Part shown: one piece after another, positions 47,531 to 58,898 of the stretch | How the letters are laid out: each line of letters starts with the position of its first letter | How positions within the stretch are numbered: the stretch's first letter is position 1 | Source: a virus | Lineage: Duplodnaviria > Caudoviricetes | IMG/VR virus record: IMGVR_UViG_3300020576_004053 | Coordinates: 32,001 to 96,000 of that record | DNA: 64,000 bases | Strand: one strand, 5' to 3' | Notes under the pieces: generated by a model | Told to the model about the DNA's origin: nothing | Seen by the model: only the letters and a program-made list of their open reading frames with translations | The model's database searches: none | Program-made: the position numbers and the translations under genes

Positions 47531-48157
47531 TTATTGAACATGCTTCCATGATCGTCCATTTAATATAGCAGAAATCGTCGAAATACAGATCTTTACACCA
47601 GTTTTAGAAACCTCATCGGCTATACACTTTACCGCCACCCCTCTCAATCGCATATCTTTAATACGTTTAACCAAATCTACGGTCAATTTGGAATTTGATG
47701 CGGCGTCTCCACACTTAATTCTCTGTAGTTTTCTAGCACATTGTATTTTCAGTTTAGCGGATTCGGTGTGAGTTTTTCCATAAAAATGGTTATTACTCCC
47801 GGCATGGGTTTCAGACATACGTTTTTTGGTAGTGTCTGAAAATTTCAACCCAAATGTAGGAGATTTAACATTCACAGAAACATTATAACATTCAGAAGAT
47901 CCAACCCATGAAATTAAAATTTCATGTTCTATATTAAGCATATCTACTCGATTTACACATTCCTTTATAATAGTAAATACAAATGCCGATGGACCATATA
48001 AATTCCACGCAGACTGTAAATGTGGTGTATGATGTATATTTCTGTTCAATCTAGATTTATGCACAGCCCATCTACGATTTATATCGACCGACGATCCTAT
48101 ATAAAATTTATTATTATGCACATTTTCTATAACATATATTCCCATCAATTTTGCCAT
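47531..48157 (-). mobile_element. GIY-YIG homing endonuclease gene with NUMOD3-like motifs
   Basis: GIYVIEN..NNKFYIGSS....RRW..H, YN, NHFYGKTHTE; AT-rich. Confidence 0.9.
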
Positions 48158-48161
48158 ACTA

Positions 48162-51100
48162 TTATTCTACCGAGAGAATTGGACCTGAATTGTTGTTGAC
48201 CGGTTGAATTGGAGCACCGGGATCATTTACCACCAAAATATCACCCGCAGACGGTAATATCTCAACCACGGGATTGCCATCCGGAGTAGTATCATCAGTT
48301 TGTTTACAGCCTAGCCACTGGTGACGAATAATGCCAAGTCGATAATCGCGTGTAAATTTATAGTGCGTGGGAAGATACCCGACCACACCTGTATACGCAG
48401 ATCCCGTCGACACTATTGATACCGTGCCACCAATGGTTACTACCTTCTTAATTACCTGCCGCTCTTCTGTTACATATTGCATACTCTTCCAATTATCGGT
48501 GTCATATGCAGGAGAAATCAAACTGGTAAATACCGACGCGTTTGTAGTGCACACCCATTCGATAATGTTACCATTCGTATTAGCCGCCAGCACATAATCA
48601 TCGCGTGAATATGCCGATCCAGTTGCCCACGTCCCTCTATCAGTAAGACTAGATTCTTTACGTCGTACTTGTACATATGCCGTTTGCGCAATATGTCCTC
48701 TTGGATGCGTAAAATACGTATACGCCTCAATGTTATCAAAATTAGTTGAGGGGTAAATCATATTCGTCAATGCAGTACCGGTTGGTAATGCCTGTAGTGC
48801 TAATTCTTTCGCATGATCTAGAATATCACCAATGCTCACTGCATTTAAATTCTGGCTTGCTAGTAATGCGTTTTTATACTGAGTATATTGATTACCAGTA
48901 AGCTGACTCGTAGCCGTGACATTGAACCGTTCTAATAACGCTTGGCGGATTGCAATTTTATTGGTGAAATCATTGAATATTGCAATATTAGATGACGGTA
49001 ACACTACATCCTGTAGCTCCAACGCAGGAGATGCATATTGATTATACGTCATAACCGGTTGTAATACATCACTCGTATCTAACGTAGATCGGTAATTAGT
49101 ATACGACGCTATTGGTAATAATACATCAGAGGTATCAATGATAGTCGTCTTATCAGCATATGTTGCCACGGGCGCAATAATCTCAGATGTATCTAAGATG
49201 CCGGTCTGCTGATTAAATGACCCCAACGGCTCTACCATATCCCGAATTACGGCAGAATCTAAGTTCACACTCTGATTTATATACTTTCCATATCGTCCAG
49301 CGTACATCTTCATTGGACGTAATGGTGCCTTCGACCGTTCTAAAATATGCGGTTCATGTACAATGCCACCCAACAGTTTAGCCCGAACAGGTAACAATTT
49401 ACGTGCTTGTTTAAACAGTGGATCTAATAGATTCTTAACAAAGTCAATGAAGCTCGTAGTGTTATACGAGTATGCATACGATGTCCAGTAGATATCAGAC
49501 AGCGCAAACAAATCGGCATACTGGGACGTGAATTGATCAGCCGGATCACCAATGAGATTTTGTAAATCGATATTACCAATGGATCGAATGATATTATCAT
49601 TAATCGCATCGGTTAGTGAGAAATAAAACCCTACCGTATTGATTGCCTTCGGACGATTATCTTTATCTCGTAAGCTGACAATACTTTGCTTACGACTTAA
49701 CACCGGTACTTGCGCAGACGAACTTGCAAACGTCATGTACTTCAATACAGGCGGATCAGCAATCACCACCTTGTTAGTTGTAAACTGCGAACCACCGGCA
49801 TTAGGTGCAAATCGCTGCACTTCTCTAGTATTAACCGTCATATTATACGGGAATGCCGATACTGCTGCGAATCCAACTACCGGAATTGTTTGTACGATAG
49901 CTATTGGATTCGTTGTAATATAAGGAGTTTCATTTGGTAGTGACGATGTAACCGCTAAATTTGACGGAGTATTGAACGATAATCGCGTATACAAATAATC
50001 TCGCGCAGATGTCGACGTATTTCCATTATACATACCCGCATATCTAACGTGTAGATCGAATGTAGCAGAGGTAATCAATTCACCCCACGCTCGCACCTCA
50101 TCAATCTGACCGGACCAATCAGTGTATCCAAAAAATGATCCACTGCCACCAAGATATACAGTAGACGGGGTAGACCACTGAATAGCACCGGATGCCGCCA
50201 TCGTAACCGATTCATCGATCAAATCGTCTTGGTATGCCTTCTTAACGGCTAATGTGACACCAGTTGCATCATTACGAAGCATTGCCGTGTAAAAATCACC
50301 GCTGAACATCTCTAAGTATGAACTGGATACGACCGTAGCGTTTGACGAATTCTTAAGTTCTATACGCGCAAATGATCCGGTTAATGGAGTCATTACCACC
50401 GCCCATCTATTATTATGGGCGTTCAACAATACACTAGACGACGTTTGCGTTGTAGCAAATCGTACCTCTAATGTTTGCGGTGTCATAGAGCCAGTATACC
50501 ACGGTACCGCTACATATGATCCGGTATTGAATACTAATGAATTGGTCTGTTCTTCAAAAATTTCATATGAGCCGGTTAGATATGAAAAACCGGGAGTAGT
50601 GGCTTCACGAATCTGTAGCGTAGTCGGTAAAATGCCATATACATTACTCAATCCTCGTAACGCAGCTTTCGTACCCTTAGCCTTCATTAAGAAGATGTGA
50701 TTATGTAAAAATCGCTTCCAAGTTTCCGTTGCCGCTTCTCTATATACGGTAGGACTTACTACACCCACTTCACCAATCGTGTAGTCTACCAGATTCTTGA
50801 TTGCATACTGATTTGGAAGATCCACACCAAAAGAATCTGCCACATTCCATACCACATCTTGTGACATACCCTCTGTAGCACTATTGGATCGATCATACAT
50901 CAAACTCATCTGCTTAATGTATTGCTTAACTAAATCTACTTGATGTCCAACCATGTCCATGAATTTCAAGAACTCGGTTGAATTGCTGTCTTCACGCAAG
51001 TATTCAGGGAGATTATTCGCCAATCGATCCTGATTATATCGATCATATTCCCGTGCAATGGCCACCTGATCGGCAAACCATGATGCGGCAGATGCAACCG

Positions 51101-52616
51101 TTACATTTGTAGTACCAGTCTTCGGCCACGTCGCATCGGCATTATAGTACAACAAATCTTGATAATCGTTGGTGGTCAACGACGATGAATACGGGGTATC
51201 GGACGAATAATACAGGAATCGTTCATACCCATCAAATGATCGTAAGGTATCTAATCGCTGCGCTGCAATATTTTCTAGCGCAGTATATACGTTCGATCCC
51301 GTGATATGGGCAGATCCCGTTCCTGCTAATGATGCGGAATGTAATACGAGAATATCAGTTAGATTCTCAATAGTTGACATCTTTTGACGGAACGCATTCA
51401 ATCGCTCTTCTGCAGAACTGAAGAACACAAAGTTGCGATAATCTGAATAGTCAACATTCAACTCTGATGAATTTACATCAAAGGTAAACCATTCTTCCAA
51501 TACAGGATCAGACGGCATTATAATATCAAACAAACTAGATGAAAATAGGTTTTCACTAGTTACATTGGATATGCTATGGCCGGATCGACCTGTTACATCA
51601 ATGTTTTTATTTGGTGGACGCAAATACAATAACGTGGGTGCATCTGGAATAAATACAGTATGTACCCGATCAATAACAGTCGGTGTTATTTCTCTGGATA
51701 TCCACAATGTTTTCTTTTCAACTACATCTTCTGGTAGCGGACGATACAATTTTGCTAACACAGTAGCATTCGTTGCATCAGCCGGATCATATTTCCAATT
51801 GGTAATCACTGCCTGATAGTCATTACCAAAATTCAACATCGTTTTTAACGCACGATCTTCGTCATAGAACGATGCAACCTTTGACCCAATTTTATTTCGC
51901 AAATCTGCAATGATGCTATTCTTTGCTGGAATAGGAATGGGTACGCAAAATAACGACGTTGGAATTGATTCGGTGCGACCTTCTAGTAATGTTTTAGCAG
52001 GAAATACATTTACACGAACATTGATAGTCGCATCTTGATTTGCCGGTAATGCCCGCACACGAATATTGATCGTGATGTTAGAATTGGTGACCGGAGGAGT
52101 TGTAGGGGTTGGTGGAATCGGCGCAGTTGGATCAATTGGCGGATGTACCAACACAACCGGTTCATTTGTTCTATGACCGAATGGAATACATTTAAATCCA
52201 CGTCCGTCTACCCCATCACCAAATGGATACATCCCGTTCGGCGTATATACACCCCACTCGGTAGCCAAAAACACCCCAACAAATTCTGGACCGTCTGTGA
52301 TATCAAAATCACGAATACTTGGCTGTAATAACAACGTCATCGTATCCTTTGCAGCCGGATCGACTAGATAAATAAACCCGTTTCCGCCCAAGAATGGCAC
52401 ACCATTTTTTGGATCACCACTGCTACCAATATTACCATATGCAGAATCTAACGCCAACGATTGCATCAATGCCACCCGTTCTGGTGTCAATTGAATAAAA
52501 CGTGCCGCTAACGCAGGATCACTTTTCGCGAAATTAAACAACAGATCGCGAGTAGACTGCGGTAAATTTACGTAATCGGGATATCCGGAAACTTGAGAAG
52601 GAACTAGCGTGGCCAT
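48162..52616 (-). CDS. Large baseplate wedge protein with LamG-like insert (1484 aa)
   Basis: KAKGTKAALR motif, F.DMVGH..D, GQIDEVRAW LamG-like segment; baseplate cluster. Confidence 0.7.
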   Translation of the reverse strand: MATLVPSQVSGYPDYVNLPQSTRDLLFNFAKSDPALAARFIQLTPERVALMQSLALDSAYGNIGSSGDPKNGVPFLGGNGFIYLVDPAAKDTMTLLLQPSIRDFDITDGPEFVGVFLATEWGVYTPNGMYPFGDGVDGRGFKCIPFGHRTNEPVVLVHPPIDPTAPIPPTPTTPPVTNSNITINIRVRALPANQDATINVRVNVFPAKTLLEGRTESIPTSLFCVPIPIPAKNSIIADLRNKIGSKVASFYDEDRALKTMLNFGNDYQAVITNWKYDPADATNATVLAKLYRPLPEDVVEKKTLWISREITPTVIDRVHTVFIPDAPTLLYLRPPNKNIDVTGRSGHSISNVTSENLFSSSLFDIIMPSDPVLEEWFTFDVNSSELNVDYSDYRNFVFFSSAEERLNAFRQKMSTIENLTDILVLHSASLAGTGSAHITGSNVYTALENIAAQRLDTLRSFDGYERFLYYSSDTPYSSSLTTNDYQDLLYYNADATWPKTGTTNVTVASAASWFADQVAIAREYDRYNQDRLANNLPEYLREDSNSTEFLKFMDMVGHQVDLVKQYIKQMSLMYDRSNSATEGMSQDVVWNVADSFGVDLPNQYAIKNLVDYTIGEVGVVSPTVYREAATETWKRFLHNHIFLMKAKGTKAALRGLSNVYGILPTTLQIREATTPGFSYLTGSYEIFEEQTNSLVFNTGSYVAVPWYTGSMTPQTLEVRFATTQTSSSVLLNAHNNRWAVVMTPLTGSFARIELKNSSNATVVSSSYLEMFSGDFYTAMLRNDATGVTLAVKKAYQDDLIDESVTMAASGAIQWSTPSTVYLGGSGSFFGYTDWSGQIDEVRAWGELITSATFDLHVRYAGMYNGNTSTSARDYLYTRLSFNTPSNLAVTSSLPNETPYITTNPIAIVQTIPVVGFAAVSAFPYNMTVNTREVQRFAPNAGGSQFTTNKVVIADPPVLKYMTFASSSAQVPVLSRKQSIVSLRDKDNRPKAINTVGFYFSLTDAINDNIIRSIGNIDLQNLIGDPADQFTSQYADLFALSDIYWTSYAYSYNTTSFIDFVKNLLDPLFKQARKLLPVRAKLLGGIVHEPHILERSKAPLRPMKMYAGRYGKYINQSVNLDSAVIRDMVEPLGSFNQQTGILDTSEIIAPVATYADKTTIIDTSDVLLPIASYTNYRSTLDTSDVLQPVMTYNQYASPALELQDVVLPSSNIAIFNDFTNKIAIRQALLERFNVTATSQLTGNQYTQYKNALLASQNLNAVSIGDILDHAKELALQALPTGTALTNMIYPSTNFDNIEAYTYFTHPRGHIAQTAYVQVRRKESSLTDRGTWATGSAYSRDDYVLAANTNGNIIEWVCTTNASVFTSLISPAYDTDNWKSMQYVTEERQVIKKVVTIGGTVSIVSTGSAYTGVVGYLPTHYKFTRDYRLGIIRHQWLGCKQTDDTTPDGNPVVEILPSAGDILVVNDPGAPIQPVNNNSGPILSVE

Positions 52617-53143
52617 TCGGTTTCTTCAGAAATGTTTTTAACGCGAATTTTTATCACAATGTTATCAGGCACAAACGACCAGTGAGTATGAGATTCGGTA
52701 GGTGGGCGCTCTGTGGGTGGTACGGTAGGACGTTCATTTTGAGTAGATACATACACCGGACCATTCACCCCAAGCACCTTCCCAGTAAAGAATATCACAT
52801 CCTGCACTTGTAATTTTCGTGCAATGATGAGGTTCTTAATGCCACCATTGTTCACTGAACAGGTATACTGTACGGTTTGTTGTGGAGCAATGACAATTTT
52901 TGATGGCATGTTTGTCTGTAAATACGATGGAATACTCGGCACCAATTCAATACTATGTTGAATAGCATTATTCTTGATAGCGATGCCATAGGTAGCAGTA
53001 TATGGAGTGCCAATGACATACGTAATATCAAACCGTTGTGCGCTCGTAGTCATCGTATATACATCGGTAAATTTTGATGCGCGAAAGGATCGTTCTGGAT
53101 CTCGCCATGGAATCAATACGGCTCGTGACGGTTCAAGTGCCAT
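52604..53143 (-). CDS. Hypothetical Ig-like structural protein (179 aa)
   Basis: beta-rich IKNN..., IVIAPQQT pattern, Pro linker. Confidence 0.6.
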   Translation of the reverse strand: MALEPSRAVLIPWRDPERSFRASKFTDVYTMTTSAQRFDITYVIGTPYTATYGIAIKNNAIQHSIELVPSIPSYLQTNMPSKIVIAPQQTVQYTCSVNNGGIKNLIIARKLQVQDVIFFTGKVLGVNGPVYVSTQNERPTVPPTERPPTESHTHWSFVPDNIVIKIRVKNISEETEWPR

Positions 53144-53145
53144 GA

Positions 53146-54504
53146 TTATACGCTAACCGATGGAGAATTTAATGTTACTACTGCCGTAATAGAGTTGAGT
53201 CCTTCTTGAAATTTATCAACTTCCACCACATCAAAACTTACCACCACCGATTTAGTAGTACCCGCCTTCAGTGCAAATGTCTGCGGAGTAAATACCACAC
53301 CCGCAACAGTTTTAATGGCAACCGTAGCGTCTACTGTTGATGATACATTTTTGAACAACAGCGTTTCCGGTTGAATTTGCATCATAGTAGACTTGTAATA
53401 CTCACGCTCAATCAATCGCGACGATACTTGAACAACATTATTGAGGTTGACCGGTGGCAGTGGTTGCGTCGGCGTCGTCGGAGTTGTAGGCGTAGTCGGA
53501 GTTGTAGGCGTCGTTGGTACCGTTGGTGTCGTTGGTACTGTCGGCGTCGTTGGATCGGGTGGACGGGGGATCTGGGGCGGCTGTGGCTGTGTCGGTGTTG
53601 GAGCCGCTGGTGGCATCTGAAACACGTCTACTGGTAAATCGCGCAATACTACGCCAGATGGTGAAAATTCGTTCAATCCACCAGTCAACGTACCATTGAT
53701 ATATTGCGCCACTACGTTTGGATAGTTCACGCCATCTACCCATACTACTCCACCCGACGTGGTACGAATAATTGTAGGAGTGATACCCGTCAATTTTTGC
53801 CACTGTGCCACGGTACCATTAGGATTGTCGGTATTCTGCAGAATTTCAGCATCCGTAAACACATACGAATTCGACAATCTAGGCAAATACTGTACGGATG
53901 GAACTTTAATGCGAGGATTGGTTTGTACTGGTAGTGGAGTAGTTGCCCCATTAGTCGACCCACCAGTATTACCGGGAGGTGTAGATGGTGTAGGCATATT
54001 CACTACCACCGGCACATCCTGTTGGTATACGTCGTTCGGCAATTGTCGTAGAAACACCCCTGCAGGAGCCGATTCGGACAATCCACCGGTATATTCACCG
54101 CTAATGTATTTTGCAATAACGTCGGGCCACTGTGGCAATACCCACACCGCGCCGCCAGAGGTTGTACGAATCAACACCGCATTTGGTGGTACATTACTTT
54201 GTGTGGCAATTTGACGCAACTCATCATCAGAATATACGTATGCATTCGGTGCACGTGGTATAAACGGCACATCCGGTAGCAAAATTAAATTAGCTTGCGG
54301 ATTATCCGGCAATAGACGAAGAAACACACCTCCCGGTGCTGCCTCTTCACCCGTTAACTGACCGCTCTGATACAGAGCAATAACATCCGGTCGAGTTGAA
54401 GATACCCAAACTGCCCCACCAGAAGTCGTACGAATCAGCACATAATCTGGTGGTATGTTATTTTGTTGGGCGACTTGTTGTAAATATGCGTCAGTGTATG
54501 CCAT
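53146..54504 (-). CDS. Triple-repeat protein with PT linker and C-terminal Ig-like domain
   Basis: Three IRTTSGGxVWV repeats, (PTT)n linker, VFTPQTFALKAG..KSVVVSF. Confidence 0.75.
   Translation of the reverse strand: MAYTDAYLQQVAQQNNIPPDYVLIRTTSGGAVWVSSTRPDVIALYQSGQLTGEEAAPGGVFLRLLPDNPQANLILLPDVPFIPRAPNAYVYSDDELRQIATQSNVPPNAVLIRTTSGGAVWVLPQWPDVIAKYISGEYTGGLSESAPAGVFLRQLPNDVYQQDVPVVVNMPTPSTPPGNTGGSTNGATTPLPVQTNPRIKVPSVQYLPRLSNSYVFTDAEILQNTDNPNGTVAQWQKLTGITPTIIRTTSGGVVWVDGVNYPNVVAQYINGTLTGGLNEFSPSGVVLRDLPVDVFQMPPAAPTPTQPQPPQIPRPPDPTTPTVPTTPTVPTTPTTPTTPTTPTTPTQPLPPVNLNNVVQVSSRLIEREYYKSTMMQIQPETLLFKNVSSTVDATVAIKTVAGVVFTPQTFALKAGTTKSVVVSFDVVEVDKFQEGLNSITAVVTLNSPSVSV
53465..53553. repeat. Degenerate 9-nt tandem repeat encoding a (PTT/PTV)n linker
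   Basis: PTTPTVPTTPTVPTTPTTPTTPTTPTTPTQP in the ORF translation. Confidence 0.85.
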
Positions 54505-55325
54505 TATATTAGTTCAAAATGAGGGTCAATTTCACCAGCCGTTGTCATCTCAGCAATAATTTCTGTCAATGCGGCAATGACATAATTCTCTATTTCCGGT
54601 TGCTGAACATACAAATTCAACGTATCATCTGCCATTTTATCCAAAGCTCTAGCATATGCCCGATCAACCAGTATATTATAAATAGATTGCAATTCTACTT
54701 CTCTATCGGCATATCGCACTTTAGACATGGTAGGTTCGATGTGACGATCTAATTGTGTACGAAATGCCGACCACGTTAAAATTTCATCCGGCTCAGCATC
54801 CAGCGATTTATTGAAGGTCTGAGACAGTAATGCATTGGCATAAAATTTGGGTACAGACGGGGTTACAAATTCATAGATATCTTTGATAACCTGACCAGTT
54901 GCCTTAACCGGTCGAATTCTAACTTCCAGCCGATCCGTAGAAATATCCGAAATATACAGCTTGTACCCATCTTCAGACCCAACCTCATCTCTGAAGAAGT
55001 TTGCAACAATGGCATATCGCCCCGGTTGAATAGCCATCCGATTTAAGATGTCTACCATGTCCAAATTCAACAGTTCCTGTGGTCCCGGTTGATCAATGTA
55101 GGTAGTTAGACTGAGTGCGGGATCGGTAGGAGCTAAATTCATATGCCCAGAAATAGTACCATCACCGTTGTATATCCAGATTTCTACAATATCATTACCC
55201 GTGGTACCAAATAATACTTGCTTGGTACCAACTTGCATAATATTCAAGTCCAGTTTCGATAATCGCTCTGGACGTTGAAAATGCGTACTGATCAGTTTGT
55301 CTGGAAAATTAAGCTGGTTCGGCAT
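54504..55325 (-). CDS. Hypothetical baseplate-cluster protein; start refined to MPNQL
   Basis: FG....D.VE..IY, G.Y....NFFR, LYI.DIS.DR.EVRI. Confidence 0.7.
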   Translation of the reverse strand: MPNQLNFPDKLISTHFQRPERLSKLDLNIMQVGTKQVLFGTTGNDIVEIWIYNGDGTISGHMNLAPTDPALSLTTYIDQPGPQELLNLDMVDILNRMAIQPGRYAIVANFFRDEVGSEDGYKLYISDISTDRLEVRIRPVKATGQVIKDIYEFVTPSVPKFYANALLSQTFNKSLDAEPDEILTWSAFRTQLDRHIEPTMSKVRYADREVELQSIYNILVDRAYARALDKMADDTLNLYVQQPEIENYVIAALTEIIAEMTTAGEIDPHFELI

Positions 55326-55635
55326 TATCACTCACCCCAAAGGATCGAAATTCCGTGTCAATCACACGCAAAAAATCTGATCGATTAATGACCCGAGCCG
55401 TGGTGGCAATCGGAAACACCAATTCACTTTTGGCGTTCAAATCTACCAACAAATAGTCTCCCAAATCTCGCGTGACGACAGGAACTGAATATACCTGTGG
55501 AGTAGCAGACATTGGATCAAATCGATCATCCGGATCAAATTTGATAGAATCTTCTAAATACGCATCTGTAAATACTTCCGTTGGATGACGGATTTGTGAA
55601 ACGGCATCTAACGGTAGACCTTCAAAATTAGCCAT
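55309..55635 (-). CDS. Hypothetical protein (108 aa)
   Basis: Tight packing with neighbours; C-terminal VIDTEF. Confidence 0.7.
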   Translation of the reverse strand: MANFEGLPLDAVSQIRHPTEVFTDAYLEDSIKFDPDDRFDPMSATPQVYSVPVVTRDLGDYLLVDLNAKSELVFPIATTARVINRSDFLRVIDTEFRSFGVSDNAEPA

Positions 55636-55636
55636 A

Positions 55637-56593
55637 TTACTTCACCGAGAAAATGAAGTTGTTGTCAATAACTCGTTCATTACCCGACTCAACAATTTTA
55701 AATGCTAACCGATAAAATCTACGAGGACTCATATTATCAAGTCTGAATTGGCAATATGACCCAGACGGTCCTTGATGAATCGCTGTATATGGACTGAACG
55801 GAATAACGGCAAATCCAGTAGCATCATCGATAACACTGAAATATGACGATGATGGTAGATATAGGTTATTGGCAAATGGATTTAGGTAATTTGCAAATGT
55901 TTTTAACGGATATTTTTCTCGTACCGTTAAATCTACCGTGACCAATTCATTTTGACTATACGTCGTTTGTAATGAATGTGGAAACACATGCAACGTTTTA
56001 TTCAAGCTGGATGACAGTGATCCCGTCGCATAGACTTGATCGGTCCATCGCACTTCTAATATCGGCGCATAGATGGTATGGGTATTCTTAGAGAACACCT
56101 TAATGATGCCCTTGTTGTTGATATCCGACTCACTGGCCGATGGGAATTGTAATAGTAGCCCAGACGCTGAACCGGTCATAACTAAACTAGTCACATCAAG
56201 CTGCAGATCTGTCCATGGTTCAGGTGTCGTGAATGACGACGTTGGGCTAAATGAGGCCGATAAATCCGTCCACACTACTCCATTAGGGAGTTGATACAAG
56301 TCCTGATAGAAATACCCCGTACCTTCAGTCCACGAGCCGGTATACGCACACACCTCTATCTGCTGATCTAATTGGATGCGCTGTGCCAATGCGGTTTGTA
56401 AACGAAGGATGCACTCACCCCCGCTCGCTATCAATGATCGGACAGTTGCAAAATCAAACGCAATTATACTACGAATTGAATCTGCGCCATCTTCAGCCTT
56501 TCCGATTTCTAATATTTCATCGATGCCCGTATTTCGCGTTGGAAATTCACTGTATACGGATGCATCTTTTGTTGGAAGAAATTGACGAATCAT
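55637..56593 (-). CDS. Baseplate-associated protein with DNRLRE-like N-terminal domain
   Basis: P.KDASVY...P..NTG.DEILEI, RS.I.FD, SW.EGTG, FS.NTHTIY.P.LEV.W. Confidence 0.65.
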   Translation of the reverse strand: MIRQFLPTKDASVYSEFPTRNTGIDEILEIGKAEDGADSIRSIIAFDFATVRSLIASGGECILRLQTALAQRIQLDQQIEVCAYTGSWTEGTGYFYQDLYQLPNGVVWTDLSASFSPTSSFTTPEPWTDLQLDVTSLVMTGSASGLLLQFPSASESDINNKGIIKVFSKNTHTIYAPILEVRWTDQVYATGSLSSSLNKTLHVFPHSLQTTYSQNELVTVDLTVREKYPLKTFANYLNPFANNLYLPSSSYFSVIDDATGFAVIPFSPYTAIHQGPSGSYCQFRLDNMSPRRFYRLAFKIVESGNERVIDNNFIFSVK

Positions 56594-58524
56594 TGTTTTG
56601 CATTCCCCACAATATCACGCTCTGGATATTTCAAGAAGAAAATACAAGGATCTAATGACGGATATACTACGCCATTTTCAGTGGCGGAATCGATGTCATA
56701 TAGATATTCTTCATAATCCAATCCGTGCAAATGTCTGTATTTGTTAACAATTTTTAACGACGTAACAGATTGCACTCCATCAACAGACGCCAATTCTAGA
56801 TACACATCATTTAGAATGATCGGCTGGTTAATTTGCCATCTATCAATGTCAAAAAATTGCTTGATGGAATCAATACAACGCGCCAACACTTCATTCATAT
56901 TCACATTTTTGAAGCAGATCACGGTAAATTCTACACCAATATTTACCGGGAAGGCGTCTAAAATACGCACTTCATCAGTTAACAATCTATACTGATCTAT
57001 ATACGTTCGTAAGTTTTTCTTTACTTCAGAGTTGAGACGCGTCAATTTTTTACGCTGATCAAATCCTAGTACATACAAATTAACTACGTTAGATCCAACG
57101 TTATCAATGACAAATTCACCATTGATGGGAGCTTGAGCATTGGTGTTACGTAGGATGCCATTAATCTGGTCATCCAGCGTCACAAATGCCTTAGCCACTC
57201 CACCAAACTTAGGCGGCATGGAATATGCACGCACAATGTAATCCTGTACATTCACCGCACGATTTTGTGAATTGAAGTATGCCAATGCATTTTGACGTAT
57301 TTCTTCAATAGAATCTCGCCCCTGACCACCGGTAGCGGGTGCAGGATTATTCACGGCTAACGATGCTACAACGTCGTCATACAACGCACGTTCTGTCGCG
57401 GCAAACGCATCTCTAGAATTTAAGGGTTCAATCGTATCAATTTTGGTGATGCTGTTGGACGGCACATTTGATTCTATACCACCACCCACTACGTAGGTTA
57501 TGGTCAATTCAGTATTCGATGGAGACAGTCCATATGAACGAGATGACAAGAAATCGGAGGGATCTAATGTAGTTGATGCTGAATTTGAATAGTATTCAGA
57601 GTTGGCAATTTTGGAGGGATCAAGATTTACCGTCGAATCTGTATCGTCCAATAAACCCGATCCGAAATGCAATTCTAGTAAAAATGCATCATTATATCGA
57701 GTGACAAAACGACGGGGTGTACGTTTGATACGGATCGTATATGCGGGTGGAACACCTTCACCAGCTACGACTGTCGCAGACGTATTCTCACGAGCATCAA
57801 ACACCACATCCTGTGCCAAATAATCTACTTCATACCATGTATTTCCACTAGTATCCGTTACCGATAGCACACCTAGCACATTGTCATCCGGCAACCGAAC
57901 CTTTGAAAATTTCTGTGGGTCGCCAAATGTAATCGTATAGGTTTTGATCTCTCCTGCGATGACCTGTACTTCTTTCTTAATCAAATACATCAATGGCTTA
58001 CTATTACCATCCACTGCATATACCGTAATCTCTCGGTTCGTCGGATCGGCAAAATCTACCAGATCTGCCGTTCGAAATGCAATTCCACCGTAATTTGGTG
58101 CCGTGACTATTGCATTGGGCGATACTTTGATAAAATATTGTTCGTCTGGTGCAAAATTACCAATCAGACTTTTTGCGGGACATAACTGATAAATGTCACA
58201 AATGGTAGATGCCGCCGTACTCGGCTTAGGCTTGTATCCAAACGCTTGAGAAATCGCAAGAATGTTATCTTCTTCTTGCGCATAAATCATTAAATTTTCT
58301 TTGAATTGCGTATCAATGTAATATCCCAGTACGTCTCCCAAATATGCCGCCATTTCAATGAACATCATTCCCGGCGATGCTTCATTAAAATCGGTATATG
58401 AATTTGGGAAATACACTTTTGCGTAATCAATAAAACTTTGCTTCCATTGCGGGAAGATTTTATTGAGATATTTGATATCGCGATTCACAGGAATGAATGA
58501 ACGATCTAATCTACGAATAGCCAT
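56590..58524 (-). CDS. gp6: Baseplate wedge protein (gp6-like)
   Basis: YFP..YTDFNEASPGMMFIEMAAY.GD.L.YY.D, GYKPK, FG.G, ATGG...DSIEEIR, QNRAV..DY. Confidence 0.92.
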   Translation of the reverse strand: MAIRRLDRSFIPVNRDIKYLNKIFPQWKQSFIDYAKVYFPNSYTDFNEASPGMMFIEMAAYLGDVLGYYIDTQFKENLMIYAQEEDNILAISQAFGYKPKPSTAASTICDIYQLCPAKSLIGNFAPDEQYFIKVSPNAIVTAPNYGGIAFRTADLVDFADPTNREITVYAVDGNSKPLMYLIKKEVQVIAGEIKTYTITFGDPQKFSKVRLPDDNVLGVLSVTDTSGNTWYEVDYLAQDVVFDARENTSATVVAGEGVPPAYTIRIKRTPRRFVTRYNDAFLLELHFGSGLLDDTDSTVNLDPSKIANSEYYSNSASTTLDPSDFLSSRSYGLSPSNTELTITYVVGGGIESNVPSNSITKIDTIEPLNSRDAFAATERALYDDVVASLAVNNPAPATGGQGRDSIEEIRQNALAYFNSQNRAVNVQDYIVRAYSMPPKFGGVAKAFVTLDDQINGILRNTNAQAPINGEFVIDNVGSNVVNLYVLGFDQRKKLTRLNSEVKKNLRTYIDQYRLLTDEVRILDAFPVNIGVEFTVICFKNVNMNEVLARCIDSIKQFFDIDRWQINQPIILNDVYLELASVDGVQSVTSLKIVNKYRHLHGLDYEEYLYDIDSATENGVVYPSLDPCIFFLKYPERDIVGNAKQ

Positions 58525-58898
58525 TAGTATACCAAAACAATAGAGTCTGTTATGCCTTCATTTGTCGATAGCCGAAATACAATCTTTACAAATACTTTAT
58601 TGACATCTTGCTGCAATGTCGTCGTAACTGAATCAACAATAATGAACGGCATCCATTCACGCACTGCAGATGCAATTGCAGCACGCACATCTGCCTGAGT
58701 ATTGTCAGTTTGTGCCTCAAACAATAAAGAGTGAACGTCGCATCCAAACGTCGGTTGCATCATCCGTTCACCCTTTTTCGTTAACAATAGATTCGTCAGG
58801 TTAGATCGCATTTGCTCCATAACCTGCGTAGTTGAGTTAAAATACCCACCATATCCTTTTTCTAATGGGAGAACTAATCCAAGAGTTTTAGTAGCCAT
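58524..58898 (-). CDS. gp25: Baseplate wedge subunit (gp25-like)
   Basis: NL.NLLLTKKGER.M.PTFGC....LFE....W.P. Confidence 0.93.
   Translation of the reverse strand: MATKTLGLVLPLEKGYGGYFNSTTQVMEQMRSNLTNLLLTKKGERMMQPTFGCDVHSLLFEAQTDNTQADVRAAIASAVREWMPFIIVDSVTTTLQQDVNKVFVKIVFRLSTNEGITDSIVLVY

Noticed and set aside
52604-52616. Programmed frameshift fusing the 179-aa and 1484-aa ORFs
   Set aside because: No canonical slippery heptamer in the 13-nt overlap; translational coupling is sufficient
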